From: a bacterium
GTDB lineage: Bacteria > Hinthialibacterota > Hinthialibacteria > Hinthialibacterales > Hinthialibacteraceae
Assembly (NCBI GenBank): GCA_963662285.2
Contig: CAXXMV010000001.1
Coordinates: forward strand, 384,001-448,000
Length of the DNA stretch: 64,000 bases
Reading direction: 5' to 3'
The translations under genes and the position numbers were made by a program. This document shows, in pieces, positions 50,553 through 59,969 of the stretch (positions are counted from its first letter, which is position 1; each line of letters begins with the position of its first letter). Under the pieces are notes generated by a model, which worked only from the letters and a program-made list of their open reading frames with translations, was not told the DNA's origin and searched no databases.

Positions 50553-51059
50553 CTATTCAACTTTACCCCGCGCCATAGCGACATGCCCCCCGCGAGCCAC
50601 TTCGAGAACGCCGTAAGGTTCGAGCATTTTGAGCAGGGCGGCTATTTTTCCTTCGCTGCCGGTGGCTTCGATCATAATGGAAGCATTGCAGACATCAGAA
50701 ATCCGGGCGCGGAAGATATTAACGATTTCCATAATCTCAGAACGCTGCGCTGCATTGGCTTTGATCTTGCAGATACAGAGTTCGCGATCAACGATGTCGC
50801 GCGCTTCCATCGAGAAATCATGTACTTCATGGACATCAATCAGTTTACCCAGTTGCTTGCGAACCTGATCGAGAATCTTGTCATCGCCGGGAACCACAAT
50901 AGTCATACGCGAGACTTTAATATCTTCGGTCTGCGCTACTGACAAACTATCAATATTGAATCCCCGCGCTGAGAATAAACTCGCAACACGGGCCAACACG
51001 CCTGAACGATTTTCAACTAACACATAGAAAATATGACGCCGCATAGTATTTTCTTTCAT
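50553..51059 (-). CDS. ilvN: Acetolactate synthase small subunit
   Basis: VENRSGVLARVASLFSARGFNIDSL ACT domain; TAATG coupling to ilvB. Confidence 0.95.
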   Translation of the reverse strand: MKENTMRRHIFYVLVENRSGVLARVASLFSARGFNIDSLSVAQTEDIKVSRMTIVVPGDDKILDQVRKQLGKLIDVHEVHDFSMEARDIVDRELCICKIKANAAQRSEIMEIVNIFRARISDVCNASIMIEATGSEGKIAALLKMLEPYGVLEVARGGHVAMARGKVE

Positions 51060-52888
51060 TATGCCATTCCCTCCAACATCTGACTTAGTGAGGCGCCAGC
51101 GGGAACCATGGGATACACGTTCTCTTCACGGGCCACCCATACTTCGAGGATCGCAAAACCTTCCGATTGAAAGCATTCGATCATGGCGTCCTTCAAATCG
51201 TCTTTTTTGGTTACTCTGCGCCCCCAACAATTATAGGCGCCAGCCAGTTTTTCATAGTTAGGCAGATATTCGGAATTCCGCCAGTCCGCCGCATTGGTTT
51301 CAGCAGCCTTGCAGCCCGGTTGCGGTTTGGATGTCAGGGTGGATGAGTAGTTCTTGTCATAGAACATATCCTGCCACTGCCGAACCATGCCTAACCAACC
51401 ATTGTTCAAAACAACCACCTTAACCGGGAGATTATTGTACGCGGCGGTGGCAATTTCCTGGATATTCATCTGCAACGACGCATCTCCGGCGATAGTGATA
51501 ACCTGTCGTTTAGGAAATGCTTTCTGCGCTCCTATCGCGGCGGGTAGACCAAATCCCATTGTTCCCAGCCCGCCAGAGGTTAACCAGGCGTATGGTTGGG
51601 TAAAGGTATAATATTGAGCAGCCCACATCTGATGCTGACCAACTTCGGTGGAGATAATAGCGTCATCATCCGAGAGTTCATTGATAGTTTCGATCACAAA
51701 TTGAGGCCTGATAAGGTCGCTATCATCATCGCCGTTATAGCGTAGTGGATTCTCTTTTTTCCATAATTGGACGTCTTTCACCCAATCAGCGGTATCGCAT
51801 TTTTTGGCCAGTTTAAGAAGATCATTGAGAATATGTTTGGCATCGCCCACCAGATCGACGTCAACTTCCACGTTTTTGCTGATCGAGGAAGGATCGATAT
51901 CCATATGAATAATCTTGGCGTTTGGGGCGAATTCGCTGATCTTACCCGTGACGCGGTCGTCAAAACGGGAACCAGCAGCGATCAGGCAGTCGCAATTCTG
52001 AACCGCCATATTCGCATATACGGTTCCATGCATACCCAGCATCAACAACGCCAGGGGATGATCTTCTGGAAAACAACCCAACCCCATCAGCGTGGTAGTA
52101 ACAGGGATATTGCACCTGGTGGCGAACTCATAAAGTTCATCCGCCGCCTGTGCGTTAAGGATGCCCCCGCCAGCATAGATCAAAGGCTTTTTGGAGGATT
52201 TAATCAGTTCCCAGGCTTTTTTGATGTTTTCTTTATCGGCGTTAACCTGCACGTGATATCCCGGCAGATCCGGTTCATCAGGATAAACATAATTCTCCAG
52301 AGTGGCTTTCTGGATATCCTTGGGAATATCGACCAGCACTGGTCCGGGACGTCCTGTCCGGGCGATATGAAACGCATTCTTAAGAATTTGAGGTAGTTCT
52401 TCAACTGATTTAACCAGATAATTATGCTTGGTTACAGATCGCGTGATCCCCACTACATCCGCTTCCTGAAAAGCATCGTTACCGATAAGGGAAGAAGGAA
52501 CCTGGCCGCTGACAACTACTAATGGAGTTGAATCCATCATGGCATCCGCCAATCCGGTAACCGTATTGGTGGCGCCCGGTCCGGAAGTCACGACGCAGAC
52601 GCCAACCTTGCCGGTTGTACGGGCGTAACCTTCACCCATGTGCAGAGCGCCTTGCTCGTGTCGCGTAAGGACGAAATCGAATTTATCCGACTGGTTGATC
52701 TTATCGAAAACATCAATAATAGCCCCGCCCGGATACCCGAATGCGACCTCAACTCCCTCTTGCTCAAAGGCGTCCACTACAATTCCGCACCCCTGCATGC
52801 TGCGCGGCTTCGGCTCGCTGGTCTTCGACTTTTTCTTTTGCGTCTTTTTCTGAGTCTTAACTGAGTTTGGCATTGAACTAACCTCCAT
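51059..52888 (-). CDS. ilvB: Acetolactate synthase large subunit
   Basis: FGYPGG, RHEQG, TSGPGATN, GQHQMWAAQ, SGGLGTMGFG, GDAS...NN TPP motif. Confidence 0.97.
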   Translation of the reverse strand: MEVSSMPNSVKTQKKTQKKKSKTSEPKPRSMQGCGIVVDAFEQEGVEVAFGYPGGAIIDVFDKINQSDKFDFVLTRHEQGALHMGEGYARTTGKVGVCVVTSGPGATNTVTGLADAMMDSTPLVVVSGQVPSSLIGNDAFQEADVVGITRSVTKHNYLVKSVEELPQILKNAFHIARTGRPGPVLVDIPKDIQKATLENYVYPDEPDLPGYHVQVNADKENIKKAWELIKSSKKPLIYAGGGILNAQAADELYEFATRCNIPVTTTLMGLGCFPEDHPLALLMLGMHGTVYANMAVQNCDCLIAAGSRFDDRVTGKISEFAPNAKIIHMDIDPSSISKNVEVDVDLVGDAKHILNDLLKLAKKCDTADWVKDVQLWKKENPLRYNGDDDSDLIRPQFVIETINELSDDDAIISTEVGQHQMWAAQYYTFTQPYAWLTSGGLGTMGFGLPAAIGAQKAFPKRQVITIAGDASLQMNIQEIATAAYNNLPVKVVVLNNGWLGMVRQWQDMFYDKNYSSTLTSKPQPGCKAAETNAADWRNSEYLPNYEKLAGAYNCWGRRVTKKDDLKDAMIECFQSEGFAILEVWVAREENVYPMVPAGASLSQMLEGMA

Positions 52889-52949
52889 GACCTCCTACGA
52901 GGATCAACTCTCTTTTAAGAACGTAGAACGGAAGAAAATCCTCAATACG

Positions 52950-52988
52950 AAAAAAGGCCGTGAGCGATTGCCTTCCGCCCACGGCCTT
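52950..52988 (-). terminator. Attenuator terminator of the ilv operon
   Basis: Minus strand AAGGCCGTGGGCG...CGCTCACGGCC-TTTTTT. Confidence 0.85.
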
Positions 52989-53008
52989 GAGGAGTTTATT
53001 TTTCAGAA

Positions 53009-53107
53009 TTAACCGTCGCTCCCCAAAGCAGTGGGCATAAGTACACCGACACCTACGACGACGAGGCCGAGTAACATCTGCTCTGAGTTGAGAATTGAAC
53101 GGTTCAT
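53009..53107 (-). CDS. ilv operon leader peptide (32 aa)
   Basis: MNRSILNSEQMLLGLVVVGVGVLMPTALGSDG*: Leu/Val cluster, AAGGA upstream, directly 5' of the terminator. Confidence 0.85.
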   Translation of the reverse strand: MNRSILNSEQMLLGLVVVGVGVLMPTALGSDG

Positions 53108-53309
53108 CTTTAATACTTTTCCTTAAATACGGTTAAGTTGCAGAGCATTATAGATTATTACTATAATCCGTCAAGGCTGGATATGAAAATTGTATAAAAA
53201 TCTAATCTCACAATTAGCGTCATTATTCGTTTACAGTTATGATAGATATGATATTGTATGTAGAGGGTTGCCCATTTAATATCGCCAGGCAGCCCATAGG
53301 AGAATAATT

Positions 53310-53939
53310 ATGTCGGCAATTCGACCGGGAATTGCGTTATTGATGGCGGCCTGCGTCATTAGCCTTTTTGGCTTCAATGCTGCTGCGGATAAGATCAAGC
53401 CATTAAACCTGGACAAAATGACTGAAGCGGCTGGAGTTATATTCGAGGGAGAATGCATTTCTCTCCGCAGCGGCAAAGATCCCGCAACAGGACTTATGAC
53501 CACCTGGTTTACTTTCCGTATCACTCAAGGCATCAAGGGTAAACTGGATGACGAGTACGTCTTGAAGCAATATGGCGGAACCGATGGGAAAACCAAGGTC
53601 AGCACTCCCAGCGTACGCTACAGCGTGGGCGAAAAGGTCGTCCTGTTTCTCTATGGAACCAGCAGATTGGGCTTTTCCAGCGCAGTTGGTATGCAACAGG
53701 GCAAATTCACCATAAACAGCATCCCGGAAAGCAAAACGCGTTACGCCACCAATGGTATGCCCGCCATGCTTTTATACCAGGATATGGAATCGCGCCCGGT
53801 GACCTTGGATACTAAGGGACTCAAGACCACGGGCAGCGCTCAATTGCGCTCCAAGAGAATGGAACTAACCCAGTTTTTGACCGAAATCAAGCAGATCGTC
53901 AAAACGCAGGAACTGAAAAAAAAGTTGAAAGATCAATAA
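53310..53939 (+). CDS. Secreted hypothetical protein
   Basis: AGGAG RBS, signal peptide, VIFEGEC...TWFTF...KG, GEKVVLFL, GMQQGKF. Confidence 0.75.
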   Translation: MSAIRPGIALLMAACVISLFGFNAAADKIKPLNLDKMTEAAGVIFEGECISLRSGKDPATGLMTTWFTFRITQGIKGKLDDEYVLKQYGGTDGKTKVSTPSVRYSVGEKVVLFLYGTSRLGFSSAVGMQQGKFTINSIPESKTRYATNGMPAMLLYQDMESRPVTLDTKGLKTTGSAQLRSKRMELTQFLTEIKQIVKTQELKKKLKDQ

Positions 53940-53945
53940 ATCACC

Positions 53946-54512
53946 ATGAATACGGATAATACCATAAACAATCCGCCCGAACAGAATGATTCCACCAATG
54001 AATGGAGCGCCAGCCGCATCGCCGCCGTTATATTGCTGGTCGCCCTATGCAGCGCATTGGTATGGAACGCCTACCACCCCGAAGATATCTACATCAGCGA
54101 TCTTAAGTATGAGGTTTTGAAGAGCACCAAATTTGAACCGCAGAAAGATACATCGGTGGAAGGCAATCCATTATCGATCCATAAGACCTATTATCCGGCG
54201 CGGGGCCTGGGAGTTCATGCCGATTCAGAAATTCATATTCGCAGCATCCCCAACGCTTACCGCTTTTTCATGGCGGATATCGGCGTTGATAACGAAACGC
54301 CGGAAAATAGCCCGGCCTCGGTGGTGTTTGAGGTTGAATCGGACGGAACCGTCTTATACCAAAGCCCGGTTATGCGCCGAGGTATGGCGCCGCGTCTGGT
54401 GCGCGTCTGCCTGGATGGTCGCACAAGTATTACATTGAGAGTCACTGACGCTGGAGACGGCAGCGAAGGCGATCATGCAGATTGGGCCATGGCGCGCTTC
54501 ACGTCACGGTAA
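53946..54512 (+). CDS. Membrane-anchored NPCBM/NEW2 domain protein
   Basis: TM helix, GLGVHADSEI, ASVVFEV..DG, VTDAGDG..GDHADWA. Confidence 0.88.
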   Translation: MNTDNTINNPPEQNDSTNEWSASRIAAVILLVALCSALVWNAYHPEDIYISDLKYEVLKSTKFEPQKDTSVEGNPLSIHKTYYPARGLGVHADSEIHIRSIPNAYRFFMADIGVDNETPENSPASVVFEVESDGTVLYQSPVMRRGMAPRLVRVCLDGRTSITLRVTDAGDGSEGDHADWAMARFTSR

Positions 54513-54525
54513 ACTATAATACATC

Positions 54526-55335
54526 ATGCAACCTATCATCCTGGCGCACGGTTTTCTCGGCTACCGGAATTTTCTATTCTGGTCGATGTTCGGCGGAGTG
54601 GTTGAAGCGCTCCAGGAATATGGATGCCAAGCCATCCAGCCGATTACTCATCCCACCGCGACCATCGAACAACGCTCCCGGCGCCTGATGGAACACATCA
54701 ACCGGGAATCGGGCGAAGAGACCCGGTTTCATTGGGTGGGACATAGCATGGGGGGATTGGATGGCCGCTACATCGCATCTCCTGGCGGCATGAACCTGGG
54801 TCACCGCTTTCTTTCTCTCACCACGCTTTCCACGCCTCATCATGGTTCCAGCATAGCCGCAAAGATTCCCCAGTGGGTGGAATGGCTGTTATCCCATGCA
54901 GCGGGAATCGGGCGCCATCTGATGTCCGGCGAACAACGCCAGTTTCTGGATGCGCTGGCCGAATGCAACTGGCAAGGTTTGAAGCAACTCACCCCGCAAT
55001 ATATGGAGCAGGAATTCAACCCGCGCATCACCGATCATGCTGATGTGAAATACTTATCCTACGCAGGGCTGGTCGATTACAGCAATATCAGTTTAAGCAA
55101 CCTTCCCCGCCAACCGGTATGGCGCTTCATGAAAACCAGCGAAGGCGGCAACGACTGCATGGTTTCAGTAGAATCAGCCAAGTGGGGAGAATTCAAAGGA
55201 ACTCTGCCCTGCGATCACGGCGCAATGGTCGGCCTGCACTTCATTCCCTGGGCTAAACCTAATTTCGATTACATCGCCTTCTTTGTTGCTCTGGCGCAAG
55301 AACTTGGGAAATTTGAAGACGATTTAATGTTATGA
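54526..55335 (+). CDS. Lipase/esterase (alpha/beta hydrolase)
   Basis: LAHGFLG, GHSMGGLD, TPHHGS, NDCMV, DH. Confidence 0.9.
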   Translation: MQPIILAHGFLGYRNFLFWSMFGGVVEALQEYGCQAIQPITHPTATIEQRSRRLMEHINRESGEETRFHWVGHSMGGLDGRYIASPGGMNLGHRFLSLTTLSTPHHGSSIAAKIPQWVEWLLSHAAGIGRHLMSGEQRQFLDALAECNWQGLKQLTPQYMEQEFNPRITDHADVKYLSYAGLVDYSNISLSNLPRQPVWRFMKTSEGGNDCMVSVESAKWGEFKGTLPCDHGAMVGLHFIPWAKPNFDYIAFFVALAQELGKFEDDLML

Positions 55336-55493
55336 ATTATTTTTTATTACATAAACGCCAGAATTCCCCCCTGCGATTATTCTTTTTTTGGATTGATGTA
55401 CTTGATGAATTGGTTTTACCGGTGGAGTTAATATTTCCCTTCAGATTTTTCGGTGTATTATGGTTATGGTTTTCCCAAAGTTTACTTGGGATT

Positions 55494-55586
55494 GAATTCA
55501 CCTCACAAACCTGGGGGGAGTTAGAGGGGGGTTGCGTTTCGCCCAATCACCCCCTCCTAACCTCCCTCAGGCTTGGGGGAGGGATA
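55494..55586. repeat. REP-like double-hairpin element, copy 2 (inverted relative to 8762-8855)
   Basis: Reverse complement aligns end to end with 8762-8855. Confidence 0.8.
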
Positions 55587-55629
55587 CATCGCTTTAATAG
55601 ACTGAATTATTACAAGATAAACAATAATC

Positions 55630-58566
55630 ATGCGAAAATTTTTATTTAAAATCATACACAACATCGTCTCCAGATATCCCCGCCTGGTGGTATTTCTCTC
55701 CTTTGCGCTGGCGGCTTTAGCTGGTTTTTATGGAACCGCCAATATGGAGATGATCACCGACCAGGATCAACTGCTATCCGAAGATTTGGCTTATCACCAT
55801 AAATATATGGAATTTATCCGCAAATTCGGCGATCTGGAGTTTCTCTATATCATCATTGAGGGAGAGACCCAAGAAAAGATGATCGGTTTCGCCGATGCGC
55901 TGGCTTCGCGTCTGGAGCGGAGCAGCGACATTGATGACATTATCTACGCTTTCGATACCCGGTGGGCTGCGGATTACGCCCTGTATTTCGACGAAGCCCC
56001 GATTAGCGACCTGCAAAAATTCCAAAGCGAACTGGATGCCAACCGGGATGATATCAAGACCTTGTTCACAACTGCATCGGTCGATGAGGCGCTGCTAAAG
56101 ATATCAACCTCGCTCAATCAGGACAACCAGCAATCAGCCGTATTCACTGAAGACGACGCCAACGGCCTGCAAAATTTAATCGACGCCCTCAGCGGCAAGC
56201 CCAATGAATCATTCAAAGACTTGCAGCGTCTCGAAAAAGGGCTGGCTGAGGAAAAGAACAGCCAAAAGAGATACAACTGGTCGGGCAGCGGCGGCTTCCT
56301 TTTGATGCTGGTTATGCCCTCCAAAGATTTTTCTACCCTCAGCGTTATCGAAGCGCCGTTGAAAAACATCCGCGCCAACATTTGGCTTACTAAACAGGAT
56401 TTTCCTGGAGTGAAAGCGGGGGTAACCGGACGACCCGCGCTGCAAGCCGATGAGATGCGCACCACCAATGAGGATATGCTCAACGCCAGTCTGCTGGCTT
56501 TGGCGGGCGTTACCATAATGTTCATCATCTTCTTCCGCGAGTTATGGCGCCCCCTTTGCGCCATCTTCGCTCTGCTGTGCGCTATGGGTTGGACTTACGG
56601 CTTCGTGGCTCTGACGCTGGGGCACCTAAACCTGCTCTCCCTGGTTTTCGCTTTGATACTTATCGGTTTAGGGGTGGATTTCGGCATCCATTTTCTGCAC
56701 CGTTATCAAGAGGAATTAAAACGTTCAGCCGATCCATCCATCGCGGTGCATAACGCCCTGCATCATGTAGGCAGCGGCATACTGACCGGCGCCACCACTT
56801 CATCAGTGGCCTTCATGCTGGCCATGATGACCGATTTTTTAGGGCTGGCCGAGTTGGGTTATGTCGCGGGAGTCGGCATCCTCTTTTGCCTGTTGGCTAT
56901 GCTGGTAACGCTTCCCGCATTGCTTATTTTTTACGATAGCCACATTCGCTGGAAAGATCATCTGCCCACGCCGGTTCATCTGCTGGGTCTACGGCATGTA
57001 TCGCGTTATCCGGGGATAATGCTGATCGTGATTATCATCATCACGACAGTTCTGGCGCCTAAGGTGTGGCAGGTTTCGTTCAACGACAATCTGCTTGACC
57101 TGCAAGCGGAGGGGCTTGAATCGGTTGAATACGAACACAAGTTGATGGATGAGTCGGAATTTTCGACATGGTACTGCGCTTTCCCAAAACGCGACCTACA
57201 ACAGGCGCGGGCCATATCAGATAAACTTAAATCCGATCCAACCGTGGCCGGAGTAGAGAGCATCGTCGACGCATTACCCCAGGCGCCGCCGGAAAAAAGC
57301 GCCCTGATTCATTCACTGCGCGATTCGCTCGACCAGATTGTCACTGATAAAGAACAAAAGTACACCCCCAATCCATTCATCTACCAAGCGCTGGTTCAGA
57401 AAGTGCAGATGCTCGACTCGCAAATACAACAAGTTGAAGAAATGCGCCGGATGCAGCAAGAGATGATGGAGAAGGCGCAACAGATGAAAGAGCGAGCCGC
57501 TGATCCATCTCAAATGTCTCCAGAGCAACGCAAAGCCATGCAAAACGATCCCCAACAGGCCGCCAGGATGCAGCAGATGGGCGAAGGTATGCAAATTCCA
57601 GAGGGCATGGAAATCCCTGAAGGAATACAGATGCCGGAGGGTATGCAGATTCCTGAAGGTATGGATATATCCCAGATGCAAGAGAACGGCGCCGGGGGGA
57701 TGCCGGAGATTCCAGAGATTCCCCCAGAGCAGATTGAACTGTTGAACCGTTTGAAGAAACTTACCGCGCTGTTGGATGATAAAGAAGAGATCGTCACCGC
57801 CCGGCTGGCCGTAGCTAACCGTGAACTACTCGAACGCCCGCGCAAGGCGCTGCGTACATTACATAAACTGACGTCGGCTGATGAACCGACTACGGATGTT
57901 CTGCCTGACCTTTTCCAAAGGTTATTCGTCGGCAAGGACGGCTCGCTGCTGGTGATGGCCTATCCCAAAGAGGATATCTGGGAAACCGAGTCGATGGAGA
58001 AATTCGTGGGCGCCATGCGCCAGATCGATCCAGAAGTGACCGGAACGCCGATTCAGGTATATGAATCCAGCCTGCTAATGCGCAACGCCTTTTCCTTTAT
58101 CGGCATCTGTTCGTTAATCGTGGTAAGCCTGCTGGTGCTGCTCGATTTCCTGAGTATGCGGGCGCTGTTTTATGTGATCATTCCGCTGCTATTAGGAGTC
58201 CTCTGGCTGGTGGAGATCATGGGATTATTCGCCATCCAATTAAATCTGGCCAATTTCTTCGCCATCCCCATCCTGATCGGCATCGGAGTTGATAACGCCG
58301 TACATTTCTTCCACCGCTATGAAGAGAATCACGACGCGGAAAAAAGCATGTACACCACCGGAACCACCCTGACCCTGACCACCCTGACCACCATAACCGG
58401 CTTCGGCAGCCTGATGTTCGCATCCCACAAGGGACTAGCCAGCCTGGGAGTATTAATGGCGCTAGGTTCAGCCACCTGCTGGTTCTCATGCGTAGTAGTA
58501 ATGCCGACGTTGATTAAACTAACCTGTCGCCATCACAAAGCCCGGATGCAGGAACGGGATGCATGA
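55630..58566 (+). CDS. MMPL/RND (HpnN-like) transporter with Gln/Met-rich insertion
   Basis: GVTG, IGLGVDFGIH, VTGTP, IGIGVDNAVH; two TM bundles. Confidence 0.9.
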   Translation: MRKFLFKIIHNIVSRYPRLVVFLSFALAALAGFYGTANMEMITDQDQLLSEDLAYHHKYMEFIRKFGDLEFLYIIIEGETQEKMIGFADALASRLERSSDIDDIIYAFDTRWAADYALYFDEAPISDLQKFQSELDANRDDIKTLFTTASVDEALLKISTSLNQDNQQSAVFTEDDANGLQNLIDALSGKPNESFKDLQRLEKGLAEEKNSQKRYNWSGSGGFLLMLVMPSKDFSTLSVIEAPLKNIRANIWLTKQDFPGVKAGVTGRPALQADEMRTTNEDMLNASLLALAGVTIMFIIFFRELWRPLCAIFALLCAMGWTYGFVALTLGHLNLLSLVFALILIGLGVDFGIHFLHRYQEELKRSADPSIAVHNALHHVGSGILTGATTSSVAFMLAMMTDFLGLAELGYVAGVGILFCLLAMLVTLPALLIFYDSHIRWKDHLPTPVHLLGLRHVSRYPGIMLIVIIIITTVLAPKVWQVSFNDNLLDLQAEGLESVEYEHKLMDESEFSTWYCAFPKRDLQQARAISDKLKSDPTVAGVESIVDALPQAPPEKSALIHSLRDSLDQIVTDKEQKYTPNPFIYQALVQKVQMLDSQIQQVEEMRRMQQEMMEKAQQMKERAADPSQMSPEQRKAMQNDPQQAARMQQMGEGMQIPEGMEIPEGIQMPEGMQIPEGMDISQMQENGAGGMPEIPEIPPEQIELLNRLKKLTALLDDKEEIVTARLAVANRELLERPRKALRTLHKLTSADEPTTDVLPDLFQRLFVGKDGSLLVMAYPKEDIWETESMEKFVGAMRQIDPEVTGTPIQVYESSLLMRNAFSFIGICSLIVVSLLVLLDFLSMRALFYVIIPLLLGVLWLVEIMGLFAIQLNLANFFAIPILIGIGVDNAVHFFHRYEENHDAEKSMYTTGTTLTLTTLTTITGFGSLMFASHKGLASLGVLMALGSATCWFSCVVVMPTLIKLTCRHHKARMQERDA
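57583..57672 (+). repeat. In-frame 18-bp tandem repeat x5 (EGMQIP)
   Basis: GAAGGTATGCAAATTCCA and four variants, mostly differing at synonymous or conservative positions. Confidence 0.85.
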
Positions 58567-58594
58567 AGTAGCAAACGCCAATGATAAAAGAATA

Positions 58595-58810
58595 TGGGCG
58601 CCAAGGGTAGCGTCCTTTCTACCCTTGACGGACAACCTTTGAGAAACGAAATCAATATCATCAGGATTAATGAATCCAATTACCGTGACGATGATCTAAA
58701 TCATGATTCTATCTTCCGCGTGAATCCTTAGTGGAAATTCTGGGAATCATAGGTGACTCAATCAAGGGCGCAAAATACACTGCCCTTGGCACCCGTGCCC
58801 TTGGCGCCCG
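58595..58810 (+). mobile_element. REPIN/MITE-like element copy 1
   Basis: Inverted terminal hairpins GGGCGCCAAGGGTAG..CTACCCTTGA / TCAAGGGC..TGCCCTTGGC(A/G)CCC; the spacer matches 62740-62920. Confidence 0.75.
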
Positions 58811-59046
58811 TATTCGTATTCATCTGTTCCTCTTTGTTTTTTTCAAATCCTTGGTGTTTGTCATATCGGGCGCCCATGCGGAGGTTTATTTTGATCAGGT
58901 GGTTGATTACCGGGGTGAGGGGATGGTTGGGAAATTGGTTTTGATGGGGGAGAGATGATGGTTAGTGGGTAGTGTGGAGTGGGGGTATTCTATTAAGGTC
59001 GGAATAATGATGGTAGGATCAAATAAAAATATTGGAGAATTGAAAA

Positions 59047-59793
59047 ATGTTAATGTATTTATTTTGGCTGGTTGTTATTGTAATTGCGGTAAGAGGGGTA
59101 TGGTGGGTATGGAAGAAAAGGGCGCCTATTAAATTGCAAGAATATTGGAAGGATAAAATAAAAGGATTTAATGAATGCTTAGAAACTAACCCTATTGTTG
59201 GAATTTTTAAAAACATAGGATATTTAGGAATTGTCTTCGCAATTATCCTTTTTGGTTGGGAGTGGAATGATAGGGATTTTCAAAGAAAAAGTCAAGCGTG
59301 GAATCTTGTTTATCTGGCTTCTGGACATGGTGGAGATGGTGGGAGAATAGAAGCGCTAGAATATCTTAAAAAAAAAGGAAGTGACTTTTCCGGGATTAAT
59401 TTATCAAAAGCAGTTCTTGATGGGATTGATTTGTCTGGCGCAATATTAAAAGGAGTGGATTTTAAATTTGCATCGCTGGTTCATGCAGATTTATCTGGCG
59501 CTAATCTTCAAAATTGTGATTTTCATTTTACTGATTTAAGTAACGCGAATTTAGAAAATGCCGATATAGAAGGAGCAAAAATTTATGTAACAAATTTAAC
59601 GGGAGTAGATCTCAAAGGAATAAATTATGGATATGATAATAAATGGATACTTCCGTTCAACGTTTACGACGTAAAAAATCCTCCAGAGGGATTTCATGAA
59701 TGGTGTAAAAAGAATGAATGTGTTGAGCATAATGCTGAAAAATGGAAAAAAATCTTTGACAAAAAAAGAAAGGCATATCAAGACCATTATTAA
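59047..59793 (+). CDS. Membrane-anchored pentapeptide repeat protein
   Basis: Two N-terminal hydrophobic segments; (A)xLxG/ANLQN pentapeptide tract; GGAG RBS; AT-rich. Confidence 0.85.
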   Translation: MLMYLFWLVVIVIAVRGVWWVWKKRAPIKLQEYWKDKIKGFNECLETNPIVGIFKNIGYLGIVFAIILFGWEWNDRDFQRKSQAWNLVYLASGHGGDGGRIEALEYLKKKGSDFSGINLSKAVLDGIDLSGAILKGVDFKFASLVHADLSGANLQNCDFHFTDLSNANLENADIEGAKIYVTNLTGVDLKGINYGYDNKWILPFNVYDVKNPPEGFHEWCKKNECVEHNAEKWKKIFDKKRKAYQDHY

Positions 59794-59812
59794 AAAAACA
59801 ATCAGTGGTTTT

Positions 59813-59843
59813 GATGGGCTACGCTGTCGCTTTGTCATCCTAC
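59813..59843 (-). repeat. GTAG-type REP (degenerate)
   Basis: Minus strand GTAGGATGACAAAGCGACAGCGTAGCCCATC, resembling 14159-14197. Confidence 0.55.
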
Positions 59844-59881
59844 GGAATTAGGTTGTGTTAGATTACCTCTCACCCTAGCCC

Positions 59882-59968
59882 CAATGTCATTAAGTTAAGG
59901 AATTTCATTTTATCGTTAGTGGTTCGATCAAGGGCTGAGCGCAATGCGCTCTTGCCCTTGGCGCCCAT
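59882..59968 (-). repeat. 87-bp dispersed repeat copy, starting 1 nt after the FGE gene stop
   Basis: Matches 49201-49287; hairpin CAAGGGC-AA-GAGCGC-ATT-GCGCTC-A-GCCCTTG. Confidence 0.85.
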
Positions 59969-59969
59969 G

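Noticed and set aside
49957-52396. Long antisense ORFs (219 aa and 209 aa) and similar shadow ORFs throughout the track
   Set aside because: They overlap well-supported genes (ilvC, ilvB and others) on the opposite strand or in another frame and carry no motifs
58354-58398. ACC-rich tandem-like repeat in the MMPL gene
   Set aside because: It simply encodes the Thr-rich TM segment TTGTTLTLTTLTTIT
58731-58958. Short ORFs of 75 and 63 aa
   Set aside because: They run across the repeat element and low-complexity DNA, with no protein-like features
59047-59793. Qnr/MfpA-type quinolone resistance protein
   Set aside because: The short pentapeptide tract follows TM segments, unlike soluble all-repeat Qnr proteins
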